DNA of 64,000 nucleotides from Phoronis australis (taxonomy: Eukaryota > Animalia > Phoronida), in NCBI GenBank assembly GCA_002633005.1, contig NMRA01000489.1, positions 78,982-142,981 on the forward strand, written 5' to 3'. The notes under the pieces were generated by a model. That model made no database searches. It was not told the origin of the DNA and worked only from the letters and a program-made list of their open reading frames with translations. How positions within the stretch are numbered: the first letter of the stretch is position 1; every line of letters begins with the position of its first letter. Below are positions 1 to 11,490 of the stretch, one piece after another. The position numbers were made by a program, and so were the translations under genes.

Positions 1-1811
1 GTGCGCGCTCCAGTCAAAACACCAAAAGAATTTGGTTGGTTAAAAGAAGTCAAAAATCATCTCTTCAACATAGCAAGTCTCCGTTGCTAACGATTGAAGT
101 TTTCACATAAGCAAACACGAAACACTTCCGAGGGGAAAGTTGAGACTACGAAAATATACGAGGTCCACGGATGCTAATTAAGCTGTACCTGTTTTCCATA
201 TTTTAACTTACAAAATATCAAATAAATGTCAAATCTAATAAAAACTCGAGGTCATACCCAAATCGTCCCAGCTGGCTAAATGACATCGCATTATTAAAAT
301 ATCACATAAAGGTGGATTTAATGTTTTTAAAACAATCTTAATTTTTGCTAATCTGACATATGATAATACAGTGCGTGGTAAATTCAATATAATCAACGAT
401 GTTTAGAACTACTTTCGTAATCCAGACATTTGGCAAGCAAGGCGCTACCAGCGCATCGTTACTATGTGCCATGAATTCCGTTTGCTCTGCTGTAATGTAA
501 TTTAAATAATAGCATGCAAACAGAAAAATCTTAGCAATTGGTTTGGTATCTACTAGATAATTTGTCAACACGTCGTCGATGGTAATTATCTATTTTACGA
601 AAAACCAAGTGACAGTTCACTTGACATAGTATAACGACCGTTCGTCAGTTCGCAGCCGCTATAAGCGTTGATTTTTCGATTTAAAAGGATACTTAACCAT
701 GTTTTAGTGACTCACCAAAACTGTCTTCGTCTTGAGCTACTGGACGATTAATTGGTCCATCGGAACATAAACAATGCAACACGATAACATCACTCTGCCA
801 CAAAAAGGACCCCCTCGGCTATTGTTCAAGGCAGGGTCTTTCAAAGCAAACGTCGATTAAATTCGCCCGAGCGCTAGTCACGCGTGCCTATCGAGCAGTC
901 TTTTCAAGGAGTTTTCAAACATAATTCAAGCTTTTGAGTGTTGGCGAAGAATACAGAGCATTATTTTGTTACAGAAGTATAACTGACACAGTTGCACTCA
1001 ATATCCGTCGATTGGCCACAACATGGTGAAGTATTCTTGCAAGTATTCGTAGAGAACCGACCACGCGCTACAATCGGTAGTCGCGTCAGCCGATTGGGGT
1101 CACTAGCAGAGCTACACGGAGGCGACAACGTAACCTGGTTATCATCTGACCAAGAATACAGCCCAGAAAACAGCCATTTATCAAACTTGGTTGATTACAT
1201 AGAAAGTATACATGTCAAAATCGACTACGGTTCATCATAGTACAGTTTTGAAACGCATTGACGACCAATTTAGACTCTGATTGGTCAAAAGGAATGTACG
1301 TAATTGTGTATTATTTTGTGGTTGTTTCCGTTTTTCCTTCAAGAGCAATGACATAGACACAATACATTACAATAAAACATACATAAACGTTCCTTGAAAA
1401 ACCATGGTCTCATGGAAACCAATAAATTAATTCTCTCAGTTAGCTGTAGCAAAGAAAGCTCTTATAGCACTTCACAATTCACATCAATGCAGTCCTAAAA
1501 GTCGTCATCACCAGCATTTGTTAAGAAAGACGAACAGTACAGAAGTCAATCACCGAGTAGACTGAAACTTTTAACAGTTCAATAAAGGTCATTGAAATGA
1601 GAGAACCACAAGACAGTCCTATTGATCGGCGGTAATGCCAGATCAAACACATTTTTTTAGCCAAAATGTGAGATTTATACAAAACGCTGTTTAATTAATA
1701 GTATAGAACGAACTATTAACACCAGTTAATCATGGTATCTCGAGTGCACTTAACTGGTGACCTGCTAAAGTATCGGAATGACTGAACTAGAAAAAGAATG
1801 CAAGTAACCCA

Positions 1812-2557
1812 CTAGTACCAATCTAGATTCTGGTTATACCGTTTTAAAAGACTATGCAAGAACGGCGTTTGGATGGCTTTGGCAAGACGAGGCAGCGCTG
1901 TCGTGTATCGACCTAATTTACTGGAAAGTTGAAACCTTGTCTTCTGCTTGCCTCGCATCCTGTTAATTTTGTTCAATTTCTTTTGAATGTATTTAGAGAG
2001 TTTCATTTTTGAAGGGAATTTCACGCGGCTTATCGATGTTGGTTGCCCTACTTTTACAGGTTTAAGTGGTGGCAGTTTATTTCCAGGAGCGGTAGAGGGC
2101 TCTACTGGCGCAGTTGAATTCACAAGGGTAGCGTTTACCTTGCTTCTTTCATCAGCTAAAGAACCACCATGCTCGTTCATCCCTTTGACAATTACATGGT
2201 TATTGTATAACTGGCCACCGCTTTCGTTGTTGACATCGTTTCCACTATAAACGTTAAATGGCGCTGTAGGAGGCGGCGAGAGTGTGGTTGGGGGAGCCGT
2301 CGTTAGAGTGCGTCGTGGTCTCGGAGTAGTTGTTGCAGGCGATCGAATGGTCGTCTTTGCAGCGCAGTAGGACTCCAAATGTCTGAAGTTACATGGTGAC
2401 AGACAACATTCGTCTACAATTCCTCGACGGATTCGAGTCTTTCCGCCATCACGTGATGTCAGAAAGTCTGTTGCTTCTGTATCGGACAAAAACGGACTGT
2501 GTACATTTCTTCGGATTCGAACGTTCTCGGGGGCTCCCCGCTTTGTAACATAAGCAC
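1812..2557 (-). CDS. Insulin/IGF-like peptide precursor, last coding exon (C-peptide, A chain, long D/E-like extension)
   Basis: Acceptor ttattcttttcag|GT at 2558/2557. Translation contains RIRR-GIVDECCLSPCNFRHLESYC (canonical A-chain CC-x3-C-x8-C), then 183 aa to TAG at 1814-1812. Phase 1 matches the upstream exon. Confidence 0.95.
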
Positions 2558-5500
2558 CTGAAAAGAATAACCCACAATTTAAACGATAGTGCGCGTGTCG
2601 CTGAGGTCCGAACATACGATGCCCAAAGCCATGTAAAACGTGCGCTAAGTGTTTGTTTTAATCTTTTGATCTTGTTGGTTATAACCAAGCTTGATAATTT
2701 GTCCCAAAATTGATACTAGTTTTTGTACTCACATTTAGAATCCAAGGCGATAAGGGCATCATTGATAAGGGACATTTTAGAAAAAAAAACGTGCCTATGG
2801 TTCGTCAATAGACCCATAGGGCCTCAAATCTATTGGACACTTTGGAGGACCTATGGGTCACGTAAGGGTCCTTTTTCGAATCGATTTTGGGAGCTGCGTC
2901 TTAAAATGCATGATTTCGCCTGCAACACCAGTTTTAAATTACGTAATGAATGAATGGTTTAAAACAGTTGCACAAAAATTCATCCGATTTTGATTTTTTT
3001 TCTCAATACGCTAGATAACATATGGTTAACACTGTTCTTTTGGTCAATGACATTAGCTTTGATCAGTTTCTCTGCGGTGCCGTGATTCAAAACAAAATCA
3101 GGCGTCGATGCGATGCAATTCTAGTGCGCCTGAGCTAAGTAATTACAGTGCGTCAAAAATCAAAATTTGTTTTTACGCCTATGACGCACGCAGGTCACGC
3201 TCTCAAAATTAGCTCTGCATCAAGCAAAAATCTACTTTTTAACTGCTTCTCGAAATGAATCACGTGACAACAACACAAGTACACTAGTCTGGTCGCCAGT
3301 TGATCCGGTTGAACAATCGTGCAGCACAGCTGCTAACTAACTCACTCAAAGCGTAAGTCATAGTTGCTGATTTAGCAAACTCCGTTAGGACTTTTCCAAA
3401 TGTTGGCCAGGTTGGGTTTCCAAAGATTTAAGTGATATAATCGTTATTAACAATGTTTAGTATATTTCAAAAGACCTACGAAACAAATTGCAATGTAAAC
3501 CAAACATATTTTTAACCAACGCCTTTTCATACTAGTTTTTCAGACGGAATCTAACAAAAACAATTCCTAACATACTTTTTTAAATGTAGGTGCTCTACTA
3601 CTGTTTCATCGAGTTTTCTGAATGACAAAAATGTACAGACGCGTAAATAACACAAATGCCTATAAAAAGCTAGAAATTTCTGAGAACATGTCTGTTGAAA
3701 ATGCTCAGATGATGTTCAAAATATGAAACCGGAAAGGAAAGTGGACCTTCAAACTAAAATTTGTTAACACGACAAAAAGTGGAAAGTCATCTACTAAAGA
3801 ACGTGATATAAAGCAAACGATAACGACATCGCGCACTTTCCAAAACTACTGCCAACACCACTGTGTGCATGCTACATACTTCGCGCGTTTCAGTAATTAC
3901 GAATAAGTAGGAACATGCGTGACACCAATCGCGTTTCGCGGGAACATCATTTGAATTTCCAATACAACCACAATCTTTGAAAGTGCTTTGTGATTGCTGT
4001 TGTCAAAGCTGTCAACAAACGCAAAAGACTCACGTGTACTTATGCTCACCCCAATCCACGTAAGATACTACGTCACGAAGCGCTTTCACGACCCTCCCAT
4101 GTGCATAAATCGGCCATTATGGACATTCTCACAATATGATGTTTTCAGAATTAAGTTGAGTTAATTGTTTAAAGCACTCTCACAACGCGTAAATATTTAT
4201 GCGATTTTGAATATTAAGTCGTTTACCAGTTTTTATGCGAGAGTCTGTAAACACGCAGTGTTTTGGAGCTGCATATCCAGAAACCTTGCGACCCAAATAA
4301 CGCCGGTAGGAGAATAAATCGGCTGAGTGGACTATAAATACCTACGTAGGGAAGGGCTCGGTGGTACGCGTCCCCAACTCGGTAGGTATTTTCAACCTCA
4401 AATATCGTCATGGGTTAGTGTTTCTCTCCCTTATGTTTCTTTCAGGAACGGGTACACGAGATTTTTTAAAGATTTATTTAACCAGAAATAATTCGTGGCT
4501 GTGGTTGAGTAGCCCCAATGGCATGCCCTTACAATAGAAACAATTTATAATATATATGCAAATCAAATACATATTTTGAAGGAAACTCAAAAGGATTGGG
4601 CGTGAAATTGACGTGTTATTATAACAGAGAGGTATACGAAAGGACAGGGTACACGGTATAGGGAAAAGGTAAACGAAATTAAGGACAGTAATCTGGGGAG
4701 GGTGGACCTCATCATTTGGTATAGTATGGAGAACCCATTCTCTCGGTTGTCCAGCTAACCCCTTAAGTATCATAAACAACTCAAAAACTAAGTGTGTCAT
4801 CTGTTTTTCCTTTGTTTATTTCCAATAAATTCAGAAAAATGGAAATTATACACACGTAAGGGCTCAACATGAAATTCCTGACACTGTGACGTATCGGTTG
4901 TAAGATTTTTTTGTCCTCCAATGAGAGGACGTATTACTATTCAAGGAGCTCTAAAAGTCATAAAATAGATGTCTCAACGTACAGAGAACTGTCTTGCGTT
5001 TTGAATATCAAAGGTGTATTTTGTTCTCAATAACGACAAAAGATGGAAATCGCGAAACTCCCACAAACATGTCTCGAAATTTTCCTTTCCAAGATAGAAG
5101 TTGATTTTTGCTATTACAAGGAATTGAAGGAACACTTGAAACTGAGTTAAAGAGGCCCTGGCGATGTCAGTTGACGGGTTGGCCCCTTCCCCCCAATGCT
5201 CAGGTGGCTCTTTGAAACTCGTTATTCACTCTGAAACCCTGGATGACATGCTTAGATATGGGAATCATTTAATCATGGCTTGAACAAGTTTGAAGCCTCG
5301 TCATTTTGTGTCTTTGAGTAACCTGTTTTAGTTTTAGATGTTGATTAAGTAGAACACGCCAAATTAGGGGACCGTTTCAGACCATTTTCAGCGGATCACT
5401 CAGGTGTAGCAATTATTCTGAGTATTTCGGAGTCAGGCCCAGCCAATCCTAAATAAACCAATATGATCTATCGAAAGGCGTTCTAAAGACTCCTCTTGAC

Positions 5501-8500
5501 GTTCCAGCGTTTGTGAAACCGGAAACACGCAGTGGTTAAATCGGTCATTTTTGTGACTTCCGATTTATGACAAGCGACTTTTCGTAAAAATGAATTTCCT
5601 ACTGAAAACATACATGTATGAATTATGACCACATTCACAATTTTCAGAAAATTAGTTGCGAGAAAAATATGGTACTTTTTTCTATTATGTGACAGAGAAC
5701 AAAACCTGGAGCTAACGTAGAAGTGTGAAGCGGTCAGAGGCCCGGCTCTTCATGTGTTTTGGGTTCAGTTGCAAGATTTTATTATTATTTACAGAAACAC
5801 GAGAAATACCACATTCTTGCTCCTATATTGAAGCCTAAACAGTACACGCATACTACGACGACTTGGCACTTCGTGTGCGAGCCTACGTGACATTTTTATG
5901 TTCATTTTTTGCATTCGTTAGTGTGACGGCGCTTTGACATCTTGAAAAAACGTGTTGGGGATGGGCAGAAACTCAGGGGCAAGTACATCCAAAAACACGT
6001 CCCAAATCACAAATTCCATGGGGATGTTACTCAGATTCATTATGCAACGTTTAGAAAACTATATTTGTATGACAGAGCCCTGATGACACAGTTACGATTT
6101 TTAGAGTTACCAGCCGCTAAATTTTACTCTCTTCAAACGACCGAGCACACGTGTTAGTATACTCCAACCCACAAAACATTGAGTAAGTATTTTAACAGTG
6201 GTCAGACAAACGCGTTAGACCCCCATGGTTAAGAGAGGTTAACACACTCATAAGTTAGTGCCGAGATCCACACTTGAGTTTCCAGCAAGGAATGCTTCAA
6301 TGTTTGTTAAATCATACGCTGTCGGCAGTCATTCAACTTTATTCGATGACGGTTTTAGCGGTGCGTGCAGTTGATAAACGCGACCCATACCTGAGCAGTG
6401 TCTAAAGATTATGTCATATTTCTAGTGAATAAAATTACTTTCCACGACAACAAGTGAGACCGCCTCATCCCACAAAAACGTGACATCTGGCGGCTGTTCT
6501 GAATCTAAGAACTTTTCTCTACATACATCCAAAGAATGTGATAAAAACCAACTCTTTCCAAAGGTCACCTTTTTTGCAAAACAATCAATAGAAACCTTTG
6601 AGGCAAAAAGCAATATATCGGGTGCCTTGATTACTTAATTAAAGAGCGTCTGTGTACATAAGAATTAGATACTTTCCTCTAATTAATTAACCCGAGGTTT
6701 CATTAAGTTATCTATTTTCTGTAGTTGGCTTCTATTTTTGGACATTTTGGTATTCCAATTTAGAACGCAGGCTAGACGGCCCCGGGGGTAATCATCTCTA
6801 TTCTAGACAGGATTCTACCGCAGAAAATTTGAAATGTACCTTATCAAAAGAGTTTTAAAATTAAAAAGTGTCACTCTCTGAAAATTATATGGAAACTTTA
6901 TCAAGATGAGAATGCTTTTCTGAAAAATACCATACTGTGTTTTTTACTGGATTTTTTACCAGGTTGTCCCCCTTGTTTGTGGAAACTTAATATTTCAGCT
7001 GCCATTCAGTGTAGAATTGTCCTTTGACCTTACTTTACCGTAATACATGCACATTGCAGGCAACTGAATTCTATCGCACTAGGTTGATTTCGCTAATTCG
7101 TTAAACCATACTTCGCTTGTTGCTAAAGGCCAGCGCACACAAGATTTTTATCAGGAGGTTTCGCTAATTTTTGTCGGGGATAAACTGTCATATCAACACT
7201 GTACCAGTGCAAGTGATACGATTTTGTCGTGATCAAGACGCCTCGGAGCGGTTTCGTGTCCATCAACTTAATCAGTGCACCTAACATACGCATAATGTTG
7301 TCATGTCCAGCCCGCATGGGTGTTTGGCAGACGTGAAACTATGTTTGTTGAATTTGACCTCGGCCACGACAAAAAAGTAGTATTAGCCTACATCACATGG
7401 CAAGGCGCAAACTTGCACGAAACGACGATTTTTCAATGGCGACTTTGCCACAATGAAAAGCCGTTTTGTGTACATAGTCCTTTACAATATGAACAGAGTC
7501 CTTGAGTGAGACACCGTAAAGTAAACCTATCAAAAGTAGTTTTTAATTCCACATGCCAAGCGAAAGCAAGACCGTAACAAGTGATGATATCGCCTGAGAT
7601 GTCGAACGTTAGCTAAGTAACTTAAAACTGAATTTCGACCTGTTCAGCTGACAAAAATCGAATTAGGCCTTTTACTCGTATCAAATCAGTCTCATAACAT
7701 TTCATGCCGTGATAGGGATTCTAAATTCATTACCAACAAGAACATCGAAACCATCAGCAACCCAATAAAACGCTTCAGAGTTTATTGGGGTTGGACAACT
7801 AAAAAATAGCGAAGTTGAAAATGATGCAGGTACGTATTGCACGTGACTTCAGTGGCAACGGAAATAGTCCTACCACGGTAAGAAATATTACCGATTTTCT
7901 GAGAGTAAAAGGCTTAATTCGACATTCGTTTTAGCCACCTATACTGGAAAATTGAAACTGTGACTTTCCGGATCATCTCCACTCGACGTACGGTTTTTGA
8001 AACGAGTGATAGAGCTTTTGTGTTTGTCACCTTAAAGCTTTCTATTTCAGTCTTAGTCCAGTGAAATGTACAAGTACTCTGATTAAGCTGTCAAAGCCAT
8101 GTTGCTATAATTACCTTGCGCACATAAAGGGACACTTTAATAGGCTGTTGTCCTTCACTTAACTTCATTGCTCGCGCCAGGGGATATGTTCGAGCTGGGA
8201 AAAGTTAAAGGTATCATCAGCCTCCCAAGATGACCCTCTACGTGCAAAAGGTATAGCACCATGAGTGTGAGACGTAAATCGCCGAAAAGCTTCTGGGATA
8301 ACCACCGTCTCTACTGAGGCCAGCTGAGACGGTGGTACTGTCTGATGCACATAATTATAGTGTTTATAAGCCTTGCTTCCACTGCAAAAAGCTGCTCTCG
8401 ATTTTGACCATTTCCACATTAACCTTTAAGAAATGGTCTCAAACTGCTCTTTAGTAAAATTAGATGTTTATTTCTGGGTATGAAGACAAAAGACTGGCAG

Positions 8501-8721
8501 TATGATCATTCGTTATTGCTGGACCTTCAAGTCTATTGCGTGCGCCCAACCTATATCAGCTCTTTCCAAGTCCGGAAATCATTTCTCTGAATAAAAAACA
8601 AGTGGAGGCCATTTTCAGAGTGACAAACGGTCTACATAGAAAGTTGTTTTCTTTGACGGAACATGGATTTATTGCCCCTTTAAAAATTGGCGTTTGGGGT
8701 AAAGAGCCGGGAATTGCTTAC
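2558..8721 (-). other. Phase-1 GT-AG intron of the insulin/IGF-like gene (6164 bp)
   Basis: Donor TCAG|gtaagc at 8722/8721 and acceptor tttcag| at 2558. The join gives in-frame ...SKRS-G-AYVTKR...; 157+746=903 nt = 300 aa + stop. A phase-1 intron just after the B chain is the conserved insulin-family position. Confidence 0.85.
7622..7965 (+). mobile_element. MITE with subterminal inverted repeats (family also at 9252-9565 and 34200-34350)
   Basis: gaattaggccttttactc (7660) is the inverse of gagtaaaaggcttaattc (~7903-7920). Internal taccaacaag...tttattggggttgg is shared with the other copies. Ends approximate. Confidence 0.7.
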
Positions 8722-8878
8722 CTGATCTTTTAGACTGCGTCCAATAGTAGCCCCGTCCACGGCAGACGAAAGCCAAGGAGTTCGCCAGAGTCGCGCCGCA
8801 GAGGTACATTTCGGCCGCGTGCACGCCCGTCAGAAGGGTGTTGGTGACGATAACACATACAAACACAAGGCGGTACAT
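8722..8878 (-). CDS. Insulin/IGF-like peptide precursor, first coding exon (signal peptide + B chain)
   Basis: ATG at 8878 with in-frame TAA upstream at 8902-8900. MYRLVFVCVIVTNTLLTGVHA is a hydrophobic signal peptide; AEMYLCGATLANSLAFVCRGRGYY is a B chain (LCG...C-x11-C, RGYY like insulin RGFF); KR then gtaagc donor. Confidence 0.93.
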
Positions 8879-9251
8879 CTGAAACAGCACGTAGGCGACT
8901 TATGTTGCAGGAAACCAGACCAAGGAATCGACACACAGCCTATCGGCTTGCAGACACGTGCGCGATTGAGGACAAACGCGCTCGCGCCATGTAGTTAACC
9001 TCATAGGTCATGACCCTGACAGGAAGTTACGCAAGCGGCGTACTAAATGGCTTTCAGACAGCAAGAGCGACCTAACATATGTCTTTGTGTGCTTGTTTTT
9101 TTGATGATTTTGTTTAGTCTTCGACCAGTATAAATGTTGACCAGTTACTGTGACATTTGTTTTACATTTAAAACTATAACTTGCAATAGGTTAATAAGGG
9201 AAATACAAAATTAGTTTTTCAATCCGGACAAAGTAACAAAACATATCTTAA

Positions 9252-9565
9252 AGGTGCAATTTCTTTGTTTAACTTGCTGAAAAGGGAGTTCGAATTAGGA
9301 ATATTACTCTCATAAAATCGGTCTCGTAATATTCCTAACCGCGACAGGATTTCATATCCGCTATCAAGTCACAGGCAATGTGTGCTTCCGCAATTTTCGA
9401 ATTTGCAATTTTAGGATTGGCCAACCCCAATAAAGTTTGAAGCATTTTCTCGAGTTGCCGATGTTATCGGCGATCTTGTTGGTAACGGAATAAGTGTCCT
9501 ACCACTATAAGGAATATTATGAGACCGATTTTATAAGAATACGATGAACAGGATGAAATGCAACT
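9252..9565 (-). mobile_element. TTAA-flanked MITE (Kolobok-type ends), inverted relative to the 7622-7965 copy
   Basis: TTAA|aggtgcaatttc ... gaaatgcaact|TTAA. Internal inverted repeat ataaaatcggtctcgtaatattcct / aggaatattatgagaccgattttat. Its reverse complement aligns by eye with 7727-7850. Confidence 0.72.
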
Positions 9566-10049
9566 TTAAAAAAGCTTTTTTACAACGCCTTAAGATATAG
9601 CTTAACATTCAAGATCGTTTTTCATGATGGTGCTTTGCAGCTTTTGATAAATCTTAGAAGTTTTAGTTTATCGTGGTTTTATGTTGCTTGTCAAATAAGC
9701 TTAGTCTTTCTAAAGTAGTCTTTCCTCTAAATCCTTAACTCGGTCATCACTCAGCTGATTTCCAAGTGAATGACGGAAATCATATTTCACAAAACGAGCA
9801 GATATTCTAATAAAATTGAAATGATGTTTTAATCGGGATTTTATGAAAAATTTGCCGCCAACAAACTAATAAAACACACCGCGAGAAAGAAATCGTGCAT
9901 GTTTTGGTAATACGTAGACTGTTTGAAGAGAGACCAAACCAAATATAACCCTACTGAGCCACATTTTACAATTCTCTGATTGCAGGCTGGCTGTTAGTTT
10001 GAAGACGGAGACCATTTTGCGCAAATCACCTCTGAAAAAATTATTCCAA

Positions 10050-11490
10050 CTACAAAGGCAAATACATACAAAATTCCCTACAAAAATATAAACAACGCAA
10101 TATATAAACACAGTACCAGTAAACTTTGACAGGACAAAACAATTTGATTCGGTCATAATGACCGTCAATACGTCTCTACCATTGATACTCACATTTACAT
10201 CCATGTTGTATTGCTTTCCCAAATCATTACACAACAGTCATTCTAATAAAACATGTCTTTTATCTTCAATACGATTTAAAGAACAATACAAGCAAATGCG
10301 TTCTTCCCTCGTTAATCCAGTCTGTCTGCCAATCTCGACTACTAATTTGTGGTTAGCATGTCTGAATCATGCCAGAGGTGAGCGGTACTTTTTGACATGT
10401 AAACATTTAACATAGCTTTCACTGATTAAGCCATTTATTGTACAACCTGTACATGTCCGTACTGAGAGTCAACAAGTCTTCATACTACTCATATCCGTCA
10501 ATGCGTAAACAACGTTGTTTGAATTCATCTAGGAATAGCTGATCATTACCAATTCTCTGGCTTCCCCATACAAAAATAGTCGCATGCAACAGTTGTTTGA
10601 CGTTTAAATCCCTAGCCATCACGGGTCTTTAAAGCATGAACCTCCTGAAACTTGTACCATATAGCGACATATTGGATATCGCCTAGAATGAGTAATTTTA
10701 ATTAATACTTCATTATATTTGGTAATCTCAATGACAACATTGTGCTTTTACCCAATTCTCGGGCTGTTATGATTGGTGCATTACATCCAAGGCTCAACAC
10801 ATATTTACAAAAAATATAAAACAGTTACATGTCCTGACCCGGATGAAACCGGGTCCTTACCTACTATCTATCTTGTAAAAAATGTATCATTTTTTGTTAA
10901 ACAGTTGTAACCACTTTCTTGATCGTTTTTAGATTGAAGCGTGTTTTTTAGAATAAACAATGCTTTTTCAGCCTGACCAAGTTCAACTGTGTCTCACTAA
11001 CCACACTCAACCTGGTCTAAAATATAACCCAAGATATTTACCAAATGATAGTACAGAAATGTGCTTCTTGTTTAAAAAACAATTTTCGTAGCTCCTAAGG
11101 TAACCTCCTTTTCACAATACTGTTCTAACGTGTTACTCAGACTATGAATCTTAATAACTGTCTCAGAAAAATGACCAAATTGTTTGCAAATAGTTTAATA
11201 ATCCAATAGATTTGGGACTCACGCTCTAAATCACTAATAGAAGAGAAAACAAACAGGGAGAACGTTGACAACCTCGCATAACTCCCAGTAAGCAATTAGA
11301 ATATTCTTTAGTGTCTCCCTGTTTGTTAACTTGCGCATACAATTTCACATTTTTGTACATTTCATAAAACGTCGTATATATTTTCCCTGAAGTAATACTA
11401 TTTCTTAACAACCTACACTTTAAACCGCATCCCAAACCCAGTCGAATGCCTTTTTAAAATCTGTAAATAAATAATAAGGTATGGATGTTG
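10050..11490 (-). mobile_element. Decayed non-LTR retrotransposon (CR1/L2-group-like) ORF2: RT and C-terminal region
   Basis: Minus-strand remnants with stops and frameshifts: DFKKAFDWV; MYKNVK..GVMRGCQRSPCLFSL (QG.LSP.LF motif); LFANNLVIF (degenerate YADD); KYLGLYF; QAEKALFILK; C-terminal FRHANHKLVVEIGRQTGLTREERICLYCSLNRIEDKRHVLLE. Confidence 0.85.

Noticed and set aside
1987-2250. 87-aa plus-strand ORF
   Set aside because: Antisense shadow of the hormone exon.
2558-2615. N-terminal 19 aa (MFGPQRHAHY...) of the 267-aa ORF
   Set aside because: Lies upstream of a clear polypyrimidine/AG acceptor; it is intron read-through with no signal peptide or B chain.
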